A stretch of 64,000 nt of DNA. It comes from Rhodospirillales bacterium (GTDB taxonomy: Bacteria; Pseudomonadota; Alphaproteobacteria; MPNO01; UBA2964). Below the pieces are notes generated by a model. The model ran no database searches, was not told the DNA's origin, and saw only the letters and a program-made list of their open reading frames with translations. A program made the translations under genes and the position numbers. The stretch covers positions 20,958 through 84,957 of the forward strand of contig JAYOEY010000002.1 in the NCBI GenBank assembly GCA_038116945.1, given 5' to 3'. Shown one piece after another: positions 38,505-48,481 of this stretch (its first letter is position 1; each line of letters opens with the position of its first letter).

Positions 38505-39338
38505 TCATGCGAGAAGGTTGCGCAGGCGGTGCGACAACCCTTCGAGATAACGGAAATCGAGGTGTGCATACTGTCGCGGCTTGGTGGAATGAAAAGTTCC
38601 GCGCCGGTGGAATCCCTGCGTGTTCGCAATGATGCAGGTGTTTGCCTTGCCGCACATCTGCGTTTCCTTCAGCCCCCATGCCTCCGCAAAAGGAGCCGCG
38701 TCGAAATCCGTTCCGTCCTTTCGGCGCGTCATTTCCACGCTTCGCTGGATTTCGTATGCCCGGCGCTCGGGCGTCAGCCGATGCGAGCCCGGGACATAGG
38801 TGAACGCCGCGTTTTCCTCGTCAATGTCGTTCAGACAGTAGAAAACCTTGACTGTCGGGTAATGGGTATCGGCATGCAGGATGCGGGCGGCCGTCGTGTC
38901 TTCGGCGGTTTCGTTTTCGAGCTGCAGCATCCAGATATACGGGGCGGGCGGCCGCGAAATCTTTCGATGGGTGACGGCTTCGGCAAGCGCCAGGAGAAGC
39001 GGATGGGCCGCGAATTCGCCGGTAAAGGTCGGCGTGTCGATAATTTCGCTGATTTCCGTCAGGCCGGCGGAACTGAACGGTTTCATTGACGGAAGGGTCG
39101 CCGTCAGTTCGGCCTGCAGCCTGTCCCAGGACTCCTGCGGAAGAAACTCTGGAATCGAGACCACGCCGTCGCGATCCAGCGTTCCGAGCGCGTCTTCAAA
39201 CCGCGCGTCCGGAACCGACCCCGTCGGCAGGTCGCGCGGATGGTGGCGCCAGTCTGAGTGAATCCTGATGCGCAGTTTCTGCAGGCCGAGTCTGGCCAGC
39301 GTTTCCGAACCGCAATTGTATGCCGGGGCTGATAACAT
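38505..39338 (-). CDS. phytanoyl-CoA dioxygenase (PhyH)-family Fe(II)/2-oxoglutarate oxygenase
   Basis: HADTHYP (HxD), NTQGFHRRG (distal His, Arg). Confidence 0.6.
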   Translation of the reverse strand: MLSAPAYNCGSETLARLGLQKLRIRIHSDWRHHPRDLPTGSVPDARFEDALGTLDRDGVVSIPEFLPQESWDRLQAELTATLPSMKPFSSAGLTEISEIIDTPTFTGEFAAHPLLLALAEAVTHRKISRPPAPYIWMLQLENETAEDTTAARILHADTHYPTVKVFYCLNDIDEENAAFTYVPGSHRLTPERRAYEIQRSVEMTRRKDGTDFDAAPFAEAWGLKETQMCGKANTCIIANTQGFHRRGTFHSTKPRQYAHLDFRYLEGLSHRLRNLLA

Positions 39339-39464
39339 GTCGTTCCTGATTTTCGGAAACCGGTCTCTCGGTAAAACTAATTTATCCAGACGGCCGTTGC
39401 CACGGCAAGAATCGCTTTGCCCCAGGCGGCGCCGGTTGAGCGCCGTGACAGATGACGAAACGTC

Positions 39465-40541
39465 TCATCGCCCGGTCGCCCGTCTGCGTTCAGTTGGCCT
39501 GCAGCGACTTGCCGACAACGTTTCGGAATATTCCGTTTTCAACAGGCGACCGAACCGTTCGCTGTATTTACGGGCGCCGCGCAAGGCGAGGTGGCCGTAA
39601 TCGTAAAAGTCGCCTGGAACAAGCCCCCATCCTGACGGTTCGTCGCGTTGGAGGATCTCGGCATTCCGCAGGCTGGCGGTCTCCGCCTCATAGGCCCGAA
39701 GAAATCCGCTGTGTCGCGCCGCAATGTAATCCAGATATGTCTGGCGCAACGGAACCCTTGTAACGAGAACGCGTACGCCATCCGATCGGGCCAGGTCGAT
39801 AAATCTGCGAAGCGCCCTGAAGAGGTAGCCGTCCTTCGTATAACCGCGCACCAGCCCATCGGCCGTTGCGCCGACCTCCGGGTCCACGTCCGGCCCGGTT
39901 TCCGTTTCGGCAGACCTCCACCTGATACGACCGTCTTCGGTCAGCCAGACGCGGGACGGGTCGTCTCCGGTGAAAATCGAAAGCGTCCGTGTCCAGAGAA
40001 AGGACTGGATCAGGGCGCGCGCGTCGTATGTCCGGAAAATCCATCCCGCCAGCAGGCTGAGCCTAAACTGCGACGGAAATTCGTTCAGCCTCTCGCCTAG
40101 GGTCGCGAAGCGCCGGTCCCGATGGGTCGGCGAACTTTCTCCGTTGAGATACCAGTCTTCTATACCGACAACGAAGATGCAGCTGTGTTTAAGCCGGTCC
40201 CTGTTTCGCTGGTAAAACCGCACCGCATCGAAAGGGTTGCCGGTCGTGATTCCCAAATTCATTACCGACGCTGGCGCGAGTCCCGCGGCTTTCGCGAGGC
40301 GTCGCGGCATTATGGCGTCACGCATGCGGCTCGATCCGAAAAAAACGACCGCCGGTCTGGCCGATTTGGCGATGACATGCCGTTCGAGCGCATCGAAGGC
40401 GCCGGTTGCCGATTGCGGCGTTGCGGACCAGATCCAGCCCGACCGGACCGCCAGAAACTCCACGGCCAGCAAAAGAGCCAGCGCCAGAAGACCGGCAGCG
40501 GTCAGCAGTCGCTTAAAACTGGAAATAAATGAACGGAACAT
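39465..40541 (-). CDS. membrane-anchored AlgX/AlgJ/DltD-like SGNH-fold protein (O-acyltransferase partner)
   Basis: N-terminal signal-anchor (LLTAAGLLALALLLAV), VVFFGSSRM (GDS-like block) and DYGHL (DxxH). It overlaps the 3' end of the MBOAT gene. First ATG at 40541; a TTG at 40565 is also possible. Confidence 0.5.
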   Translation of the reverse strand: MFRSFISSFKRLLTAAGLLALALLLAVEFLAVRSGWIWSATPQSATGAFDALERHVIAKSARPAVVFFGSSRMRDAIMPRRLAKAAGLAPASVMNLGITTGNPFDAVRFYQRNRDRLKHSCIFVVGIEDWYLNGESSPTHRDRRFATLGERLNEFPSQFRLSLLAGWIFRTYDARALIQSFLWTRTLSIFTGDDPSRVWLTEDGRIRWRSAETETGPDVDPEVGATADGLVRGYTKDGYLFRALRRFIDLARSDGVRVLVTRVPLRQTYLDYIAARHSGFLRAYEAETASLRNAEILQRDEPSGWGLVPGDFYDYGHLALRGARKYSERFGRLLKTEYSETLSASRCRPTERRRATGR

Positions 40542-41910
40542 CGGCGCCGCTGAAAGCAATGACAAGAACGATCAGGCCCGCATAAACGAATCCGCGGGGC
40601 ACCCAGTGCCAGGTGCGGATCAGCGTGTCTTCTTCGTTTTCCCTCTGACACAGATCAATGGCTGCAACGGCGATCAGGCAGATCGCGGCGAGCAGCGCTG
40701 TAATGAAATCGATCCCCGGCCGGAAACTCAACAGACCGCTGAAGAACGCTGCGGCCTGATCGAATGTCTGGGCGCGGAAAAATATCCAGGCCATGCCGAC
40801 TACCGTCATGGTCAGGGTCCACCCCAGAACCCGCGCGCCCCATCCCGGCTCGGGGCCGGGTTCGCCCCGCCAGCGACGCCACGCCCTGTTTGCCGCCAGC
40901 GCAAGACCGTGGATGCCGCCCCAGACCACAAAGGTCCAGGCTGCGCCGTGCCATAAGCCGCCGAGAAGCATCGTCGCGAGGAGATTGCCGTATGTCCGCA
41001 TCGGGCCGCGCCGGTTCCCGCCGAGAGGAATATAAAGGTAGTCTCGAAGCCAGAACGACAGGGATATGTGCCAGCGGCGCCAGAAATCCGTAATGGACGT
41101 CGCGAAATAGGGCCGTCTGAAATTCACGATGAGGTCGATCCCCAGCATGCGCGCGAGACCGCGCGCCATATCGGAATATCCCGCGAAATCGCCATAGATC
41201 TGCAGTCCGAACAGAAAGGCGCCGACGGCAAGGTCGATGCTGGAATGGGATGCCGGGTTCGCGAAGATGCGATCGACATGCGCCGCTGCCGTATCGGCGA
41301 TGACGACTTTCCGGGCGAGACCGATCAAGACAAGCACGAATCCGGACCGCAGCCTTTCCGCCGTTATCGGGGCGGGTCTGAGGATCTGCGGCACCAGGTG
41401 CTGCGCCCGTTCGATCGGGCCGGCCACAAGCTGGGGGAAGAAGCTCACATAGGAGGCGTACAGGGTCCAGTCCCGGATAGGCTGCATTCGGCCGCGATAG
41501 ACGTCGATCGTGTAGGCCATCGACTGAAAGGTGAAAAAGCTTATTCCAATGGGCAGGAGGATGCTCAATGTGGGCCGGTGAGCCGCCAGGCCCAGCGATT
41601 CGACGAGGACAATCGCGTTGTCCAGAAAGAAGTCAAAATATTTGAAGAATGCCAGGACGGTGAGGTCAGTTGCGACGCTTGCCACGAGCCAGAGGCGCCG
41701 GTTTGCCCCTGGACGACTCATCAGGCGGCCGCACGCCCAGTCCAGGGTAATCGTAAAAAGGATCAGCCCCAGGAAACGCCAGTCCCACCATCCGTAGAAC
41801 AACAGCGACGCCGGAAGCAGCACGAAACGCCGCCGTTCGACCGGCACGCTGGCTGAGAGCGCAAGCACGACAACGAAAAAGAACAGGAAGACGAGAGAGT
41901 TAAACTGCAT
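40513..41910 (-). CDS. MBOAT-family membrane O-acyltransferase (AlgI/DltB-like)
   Basis: Polytopic membrane protein with the conserved MBOAT His (WRRWHISLSFWLRDYLYIPLGG). Confidence 0.85.
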   Translation of the reverse strand: MQFNSLVFLFFFVVVLALSASVPVERRRFVLLPASLLFYGWWDWRFLGLILFTITLDWACGRLMSRPGANRRLWLVASVATDLTVLAFFKYFDFFLDNAIVLVESLGLAAHRPTLSILLPIGISFFTFQSMAYTIDVYRGRMQPIRDWTLYASYVSFFPQLVAGPIERAQHLVPQILRPAPITAERLRSGFVLVLIGLARKVVIADTAAAHVDRIFANPASHSSIDLAVGAFLFGLQIYGDFAGYSDMARGLARMLGIDLIVNFRRPYFATSITDFWRRWHISLSFWLRDYLYIPLGGNRRGPMRTYGNLLATMLLGGLWHGAAWTFVVWGGIHGLALAANRAWRRWRGEPGPEPGWGARVLGWTLTMTVVGMAWIFFRAQTFDQAAAFFSGLLSFRPGIDFITALLAAICLIAVAAIDLCQRENEEDTLIRTWHWVPRGFVYAGLIVLVIAFSGADVPFIYFQF

Positions 41911-41952
41911 TCCGCGGCTGTCGATACGCCCAGAGACGACGAGTGTTTGCGA

Positions 41953-41992
41953 CGTTCATTGCCTGAACAATACATTGTTCGCGGCGTGAACA
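41953..41992. promoter_or_regulatory. operator cluster 2: CGTTCATTGCCTGAACA + TGTTCGCGGCGTGAACA
   Basis: Same two-box architecture and 23 bp spacing as clusters 1 and 3. Located 43 bp upstream of the MBOAT start codon (minus strand). Confidence 0.55.
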
Positions 41993-42273
41993 GGGTAAAT
42001 TTTTCCGATGCCGGCGTCCAACATGTCGGGCACCCCGGTCCGGCTTCGCGAACGCCGTTCGATCCAGCGCGAAAGCGGGGCCGAACGGTTTCTATACGGC
42101 AGCGACTCGAGAACGTTCCCGGAAGTTATGATTCGTCAACGTTCCGGGTCCCGGTTCAGCGGGGTGAAGGAGGCGACGGAACGGCGGGGTAACCGGCTGC
42201 GAACCGGCCATGCCATGCGTCCTGAACATGCTTCGTTCCGGGTGCGACCGCTCTTCGCCCGAACGGACCCGGC

Positions 42274-44370
42274 TCAGCCGCCGGTATTGACGCCGATGCC
42301 GGCGGCCTGCCGCTTGAACATCCGGGCGAAAATGAACGTGCTGCCCCTCAGGAAGGTGACGAACTTGTCGAAGGTCCGGATATCCAGAAGGTGCTCAAGC
42401 AATTTTCTCGGGCGCAGGTAAAAGCGCCGGAAGGCATATTTCTGCAATTCCAGAATGCGTTCGTCGGACAGGCTTTCGAGATGATGCACAGGCCGCGTGT
42501 AGACCCCGTACATGGAATAGTCCCGGCTGTCGATCAGCCCTTTCTCGTCGAGCTGGTAATACACCTCGCTGCCGGGAAACGGTTTCAAAATCAGAAACTT
42601 GGCAAATTTGACATCGAGCTCGACGGCGAACTCGATGGTTTCCTTTATGCTTTCCTCGTCGTCGCCCGGCAGGCCGATCATGAAGAAGCCCCAGGTATCG
42701 AGCCCCAGACCCTTTGCGGTATCGACGGCTTTGCGGACGCGATCCTTGTTGATTCCCTTCTTGATCACCTTGAGGACCCGTTCGCTGCCCGACTCGATCC
42801 CGAATCCGACATTGGTCAGGCCGACATCGCGCAGCAGGGTCAGGATTTCCTCGTTGACCATATCGGCACGCAGCCCATTGGCTACCTGAAGTCGCAGCTT
42901 GTACGGCTCCTGTTTCAGGAGCGTACAGAACTCCCTGACGAAAGGTTTGTTGGCGGTGATGACGTCGTCGAGAAAATGAATTTCCTTTACGCCGTATGTC
43001 TCCACCAGATGCCGAATCTCCTCGATAACGTTCTGGGGAGACCGGAACCGCGTCCGGCGGCCGAAAATGTTCTTGGTCTGGCAATAGGTGCACTGACCGG
43101 GGCATCCGCGCGACACCATCACCGGCGCCACTGGCAGAAACTCCGCGTCGGCCGGCTCGTACTTGTCCAGGTGATTGATCAGATGCATCGCGGGAGGCGG
43201 ATAATCGTCCAGTTCGGGCGCAAGGCTCCGCGCGCCGGTCGCAAGGATTTCTCCATCGTCCGTACGCGTTACGATGCCCTTGATGCGCGAGATGTCGCGA
43301 TCGTTGGCCATGATCGCGTCGACCAGCTCGACCGCAGTGCACTCGGCTTCGCCCACCGCGATATAGTCGAGACAGGTCTCCTTGGCGCAATTCATCGGGT
43401 CGATGGTGGCGTGAATACCGCCAAGAATCGTGCGAATCGCCGGGTTCGCCTTCTTGGCTTCGGAAGCAATGGCGACCGCATTCGGGAATGTCGGCGTCGT
43501 TGCGGTGATGCCCAGGACATCGAAGCGACCTTCCGTCACGCGCTGCACCACTTCCGGCAGATTGATGCCGTCCGCATCCTGATCAATGACCTCGACGTAA
43601 TGCCCGGCCTTTTCGAGCATCGCCGCGATCCACAACACGCCCAGCGCCGGATAGGCCGGCGGGATTTCCACCCCGTATACGTTGAACTGAGAAGGGATCA
43701 CCAGCAAGACGCGTCCGCAAACTCTGTCGCGGCCAAGAATCGACCCGACGGTTTCCTCTTCGGGCAAAGAAGCCGGCGCAACCGGCGTATTCAGCCATAC
43801 GTCGGAAAACCCCTGACCTTCCACCGTCTTCTTGGTGTAGGAGGCAATCACTTCCGACATCTTCGCCTGGCGGTCGAAAATCGCGCGATTGACGGATACG
43901 CCCGCCGGTGCCGCGGTGGCGGCGTCGAACTCTGGATTCTCCGCGATCGCCAGCACCGGCGCGAGGCTGTCGATTGCCGCCGCGAAATGGGCGGATCTGA
44001 CCCGCTGAAACGGATCCGCATCCGAAGAGCCGGTCGCCCCGATCAGGACAGTGCGCACCTTGGGGAAATGATAAATACAGCGCTGAGCGAGCAGGGCGGG
44101 ATCGTAACCCGGCGCGGTTGCGTCCAGCAGGAAAACGACATCGGGCGCGCCCAGTTCGTTGTCCAGCATGAACATCGCGTCTTCGATGGTTTGCTCGACC
44201 GCATCGATTTCGATCAACTCATGGTCAATGTCCGCAGACCGGAGCGCATCGCGCAACGGCGGAAAGTCATTTTCCCCGCCGGTTGCCGGCGCGCGAGGCA
44301 CCAGTGCGACGATGCCGCCCTCGGTCGAACCCAGGGAGCGTGAAACCTGTCGTGTTTCGGTGGAATCCAT
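42274..44370 (-). CDS. cobalamin-dependent radical SAM enzyme number 2, with an extra N-terminal alpha/beta domain of about 220 aa
   Basis: VSRGCPGQCTYCQ (C-x3-C-x2-C) and B12-domain-like LLVIPSQ...GVLWIAAMLEKAGHYVEVID beginning around residue 236. The first ATG is at 44370; the track start at 44409 is TTG. Confidence 0.8.
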   Translation of the reverse strand: MDSTETRQVSRSLGSTEGGIVALVPRAPATGGENDFPPLRDALRSADIDHELIEIDAVEQTIEDAMFMLDNELGAPDVVFLLDATAPGYDPALLAQRCIYHFPKVRTVLIGATGSSDADPFQRVRSAHFAAAIDSLAPVLAIAENPEFDAATAAPAGVSVNRAIFDRQAKMSEVIASYTKKTVEGQGFSDVWLNTPVAPASLPEEETVGSILGRDRVCGRVLLVIPSQFNVYGVEIPPAYPALGVLWIAAMLEKAGHYVEVIDQDADGINLPEVVQRVTEGRFDVLGITATTPTFPNAVAIASEAKKANPAIRTILGGIHATIDPMNCAKETCLDYIAVGEAECTAVELVDAIMANDRDISRIKGIVTRTDDGEILATGARSLAPELDDYPPPAMHLINHLDKYEPADAEFLPVAPVMVSRGCPGQCTYCQTKNIFGRRTRFRSPQNVIEEIRHLVETYGVKEIHFLDDVITANKPFVREFCTLLKQEPYKLRLQVANGLRADMVNEEILTLLRDVGLTNVGFGIESGSERVLKVIKKGINKDRVRKAVDTAKGLGLDTWGFFMIGLPGDDEESIKETIEFAVELDVKFAKFLILKPFPGSEVYYQLDEKGLIDSRDYSMYGVYTRPVHHLESLSDERILELQKYAFRRFYLRPRKLLEHLLDIRTFDKFVTFLRGSTFIFARMFKRQAAGIGVNTGG

Positions 44371-44606
44371 TAAAGCCCCATTTCCGTTGGGCGTTACCGA
44401 ATCAAACAAGTCCCCGGCGGTCGTTCCGGGCGCCGACGGGGAATGAACTTCCGCCTGCCGACGGGGCTTGTCCGCCCGATTCCAGTATGAAATCCTGCCC
44501 TTTAGACAAAACGTTATGTAGTCTGCGCCCCCGACTCGATCAACCCTTAACTTGTCGACGCCTCGCCGATTGACCGTCGGGCGCCGGCCGGACCGCCTGC
44601 TGAACC

Positions 44607-46790
44607 ATGGAAGCTTCGATCAACGTAAACACAATAGAGACCGGCGTTCACCACGCCGTTCTGGTCGCGACCTTCGGCGCGGGCCTGTTCCTGCGTCCGC
44701 GGATCGACCGGCGCCGCGCACGGCTGTTCGTCGCCCTCTGGCTGGCGTTCTGGAGCGCGGAATTCTGGATATTCGGCCCCGCCTCCTTCATCCACTCGTT
44801 CGACGAGGCCAATCAGAGCTTTCCGCTGCTCGTATACACCGCGGAGTTTCTCAAGGGATCGTTTGCGCATGGCCATGCCGGCGGCATCGACGCGAGCACC
44901 ATGCCCTGGGCCTCCGCCTTCATAAGTTTCGAACGAACGCTTTTTCAGGTTTTCCCCCCCTGGATCGGGTTTCTGATCCACAAGGTCACGGTCGCCGGCA
45001 CGGCCATGATCGGAACGTACCTGCTGCTGCGCAGGCTGTGCCGGACCGAACGGTGGCTGGCGCTCTGGCTGGCCGCTTTCTATACGGTGTCGCATCGATA
45101 TGTCGCTCTCGTGACGCTCGCGGAAGGGATCGCCTTCGCGGGGGTTCCGCTGCTTGCCTATCTGGTTGTCGTCAGGGCGCGTCGGGTCAGCGCCACCACC
45201 GATTTCCGGTATTTTCTCGCGGTAGCGGCTTTTGCATCGTTCTACGCGATCAGCACGATGCCGGTTCACGCGGCCCTGATCTGCGCATCGACCCTGGCGG
45301 CCGTTACAGTGCTCGCGGGCGGCGTCCGCTGGTCCCGACTTGCCGGGTCCGGCGCCATCCTCCTTGCGGCGATCCTCGCGAACTGGTTCGTCTATCTCTA
45401 CGTGCTGACCGCCTATTCCCCCGAATCGGCGCGTCTGACGGGGGTCGACTTTACGTTGCCCGTCGATGCTTTTCTGACGAATCTCCTGGAGTACATCCCC
45501 GACGAAACCCAGATTTCGTCGCTGTCGCTGAGTGCGGTGGCCCTGCTTTGCCTTATTTTCTTCCGCGACGGGAGAGAACGCCTGCCACGGGTTCTCGGCG
45601 CCCTCGCCATTGTCCTGCTGACCGGCCCGATTCTGGCGGCGGTTCCCTGGGCCGACTTCGGCATTCCGCACCTGTCGGCCATCCAGTTCCGCTACATGAG
45701 TTATGGGATGCCGCTCGTTGCGGTGATCGCGCTGGCGCACGCTTTCGACGTCGTCGCCCGCCGGCCGGATTCGACGGGTCCGTCATCCGGCCTGGCATCG
45801 GCAGTGTCATGGCGCGCGACCGTGCCGGCCGCATTTGCGCTCGCCCTCGCTCTTGCGCAACTTTCCGCGAACAAGGCGAGCAACCTGATTTACTGGACCG
45901 GTCTCGGCGGCCAGCGCGCCATGCTGGGGCTGGACGGTCTGCGCAACGCGGCGTGGCATCCGGCGGAACCGTTCCGGGTCAGCGCCGTCCCGCTGCGGCT
46001 GCCGCCGTCCGCTCTCTCAACATACGGTCTCGAAGCCTTCGACGGATATCCGCAGATCCCGTCCCGGCACTGGGTATATTACTGGCTCCACGGCGTCGGC
46101 ATGCCGCCGCACTTCCTGTATGCATCCGTCGCCCAGGCCGGCCATGGCGCGCGATCCGATATCTGGCGTTGTTGCGAATCGCACGACATCACGAAGCAGA
46201 CCGACCTGGATCTGCTGCGCGTCGCAAACGTCACGCACATGATCAGCCTGGTGCCGCTGTCCGGTGGCGGCATTGCAGAAGTAGCCGGCCCTCCGCCGGA
46301 GGACCGGCCGCTGATTGTTCCGGCCCAGGCGTCGATGCGGCAGAAAATCGGAAATTATGTCTCTCGCAATTTTTCGCCCGGCCATCCGTATGTCTATGCG
46401 CTGCAGGGCGCATTGCCCCGGCTGTTCATGGCGCAAGGGGTCTATTTGACCGGGCATTCGCCCACCGACAAAGGTTACTATCGCGATGTCGCCCGGCATG
46501 CCCTGCAACGCACCCTGGTGACGCAGGACACGGCCTTTCCGAAAAGCGCCGTTTCGCGCAGGGCGGCCATCGATACGTTTTCCCGCCGGGCGGACGGTTA
46601 CGACGTTTCGGTATCCGCTCCCGAAGGCGGCGTTCTGGTGTTCAACCACAGCCGCTCCCGGTTCTGGCACGTGTCGGCGGACGGCCGGCCGCTTGAGACG
46701 TGGTCGGTAAACGGCATCCATATGGCGGTGGTCCTGCCGCCCGGAAGCCGGCGGGTCAGCGCCACTTACAGGTCGCCCCGGCCATGGTGA
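44607..46790 (+). CDS. large polytopic membrane protein (YfhO/GT-C-like, putative periplasmic glycosyltransferase)
   Basis: 727 aa with at least 12 hydrophobic segments in the first 430 aa and a C-terminal soluble domain. Confidence 0.4.
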   Translation: MEASINVNTIETGVHHAVLVATFGAGLFLRPRIDRRRARLFVALWLAFWSAEFWIFGPASFIHSFDEANQSFPLLVYTAEFLKGSFAHGHAGGIDASTMPWASAFISFERTLFQVFPPWIGFLIHKVTVAGTAMIGTYLLLRRLCRTERWLALWLAAFYTVSHRYVALVTLAEGIAFAGVPLLAYLVVVRARRVSATTDFRYFLAVAAFASFYAISTMPVHAALICASTLAAVTVLAGGVRWSRLAGSGAILLAAILANWFVYLYVLTAYSPESARLTGVDFTLPVDAFLTNLLEYIPDETQISSLSLSAVALLCLIFFRDGRERLPRVLGALAIVLLTGPILAAVPWADFGIPHLSAIQFRYMSYGMPLVAVIALAHAFDVVARRPDSTGPSSGLASAVSWRATVPAAFALALALAQLSANKASNLIYWTGLGGQRAMLGLDGLRNAAWHPAEPFRVSAVPLRLPPSALSTYGLEAFDGYPQIPSRHWVYYWLHGVGMPPHFLYASVAQAGHGARSDIWRCCESHDITKQTDLDLLRVANVTHMISLVPLSGGGIAEVAGPPPEDRPLIVPAQASMRQKIGNYVSRNFSPGHPYVYALQGALPRLFMAQGVYLTGHSPTDKGYYRDVARHALQRTLVTQDTAFPKSAVSRRAAIDTFSRRADGYDVSVSAPEGGVLVFNHSRSRFWHVSADGRPLETWSVNGIHMAVVLPPGSRRVSATYRSPRPW

Positions 46791-46844
46791 CGCCGGCGAT
46801 GGCGGTTCCGGTCCGCCGAAATTCGGGCGACGTCGCCGGCCGCG

Positions 46845-48254
46845 TTACTGCGGCCGCATTCCCTTTTCCCTGATGGCGTTCAGGACGGCCTCCGCGACAA
46901 GCCGGTATCCTTCAGGGGTATAGTGCGAAAAACGCCGGTAATAGAAATACGCTCCGGGGTCGGGCTGTTTGCGAAATTCGGCCACCATATCCAGGACAGG
47001 AATGCCTTCGCCGGCGATGGCCTGCAGCGCCGCCCGCCTGAGAGGAGTCATGTCCCATGTCCCCATGATCGTCTCATTGTCCGGCAGGTCGACGACGATC
47101 AGTTTGCCGCCGGACGCCTCGACGATGCTCTTGATGCGCCGCGCGATCTTCGGGAGCGTTTCGAGCGATTCCCGGTAATCGGCGGGATCGCTGCTGTTGA
47201 ATTTCGAGCGCCAGCCTAACGCTCTCGCTATCATGTCGCGGAGGCTGTACAGAATCCTGAAATTCGCGAAACGCTCGCGAAAGCGGTCCGCGTCACGCGT
47301 TGCTTCAACCTGTTTGATGCGGTCGTCGATGGCCCGGTCGATCTTGTCCTGCATGTCCTGGACGCCCTGACGAAAGTCCGGATCGCCAAGGTACTGGCGA
47401 AGGACCGGCTGGCGTCCCAGATTCAGGGCGATATCCTCCACGTCGTTCGGCGCGAAGAAAAACCACAGAACCAGTTTCGGCTTCAGTTTCGGGACGAACT
47501 CCTGAATCGTCGCCAGCGCAATCGATGAGTCGTTTCCGCCCTTGCCGAGATTCAGCGTCTGCGGAAATTCCTTGCGCAGATGGGCGGCCATGTTGAGCGC
47601 CGGCGGAACGCAGGCTCCCTCGGTGAAGGAATCGCCGATCATGACGATATCGACCGGCTTGCCCCAAAGCCCCGGCGGATTGTTGAAGCCGTGCCTGTCG
47701 GTCTTGTAGACGAGGCGTTCGCCGCTTTCGTTGCAGTAAACCAGTGTGGCGTTGCTTTGCGATCCGAGCGGAATAACCTGCTTTCCGTCGATCGTCACGG
47801 GATCTCCGGTCAGGGTGAAATTGGCTGGAAATGTCGCTGGATACGCCTTGACGCCTTTTTGCCTGAGGTCGTCGACGACGTCGGCGACGGAGCGCCGGTC
47901 GAAGCTCTCTGGCAGGCCCTTCATGTAGTCGGGAACGTCGAAGAAATCGAGATAGGCCTCGAATGCGTACAGGGAGACGCCGACCGAGACCGCCACCATG
48001 GCCAGGTTGACGCGAAAGGCCTCCGATCTGAGGAGCGCGGCGATGACGAGAATGTCGAACACCGCGAGGACGCCGCCGAACAGGATGACCTGCTTGCTGA
48101 TCCCGATAAACTGGATGCTGCCGTATATCCGGTACCCGGCATAGGCGGAAACGACAAGAAACAGCCACAGCAGCGTGGTTACAACGAGCGAAATACCGCG
48201 GGGAATGCTGTCTCGGGTTTCGCCAACCGGTTCGCCGTCGCCCTGTCTGCCCAT
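46845..48254 (-). CDS. membrane-anchored SGNH/GDSL hydrolase-family protein
   Basis: Three N-terminal transmembrane helices, then IVMIGDSFTEG (GDS block) and a DxxH-like HYTPEG near the C-terminus. Confidence 0.6.
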   Translation of the reverse strand: MGRQGDGEPVGETRDSIPRGISLVVTTLLWLFLVVSAYAGYRIYGSIQFIGISKQVILFGGVLAVFDILVIAALLRSEAFRVNLAMVAVSVGVSLYAFEAYLDFFDVPDYMKGLPESFDRRSVADVVDDLRQKGVKAYPATFPANFTLTGDPVTIDGKQVIPLGSQSNATLVYCNESGERLVYKTDRHGFNNPPGLWGKPVDIVMIGDSFTEGACVPPALNMAAHLRKEFPQTLNLGKGGNDSSIALATIQEFVPKLKPKLVLWFFFAPNDVEDIALNLGRQPVLRQYLGDPDFRQGVQDMQDKIDRAIDDRIKQVEATRDADRFRERFANFRILYSLRDMIARALGWRSKFNSSDPADYRESLETLPKIARRIKSIVEASGGKLIVVDLPDNETIMGTWDMTPLRRAALQAIAGEGIPVLDMVAEFRKQPDPGAYFYYRRFSHYTPEGYRLVAEAVLNAIREKGMRPQ

Positions 48255-48481
48255 GCTTCTCCGTTCGCTCCTGCGTTGCTAGGACTGTTTCTGGAACCGG
48301 ACCGCCGCCCGCCAGCGATGCGCAGATGGTTTACGCGAAACGGTATAGCTTCCGGATGGCCGATGAAGCGATATATTTGATACGTTGCCCGATGCCGGTC
48401 AACCTGTTTCGGACTCGCCCGGCGACCGCATGGAATCGCCGCTCGTCGTTTGCGGCGGGCGATTGTCCGGGTCTGTGCCGG

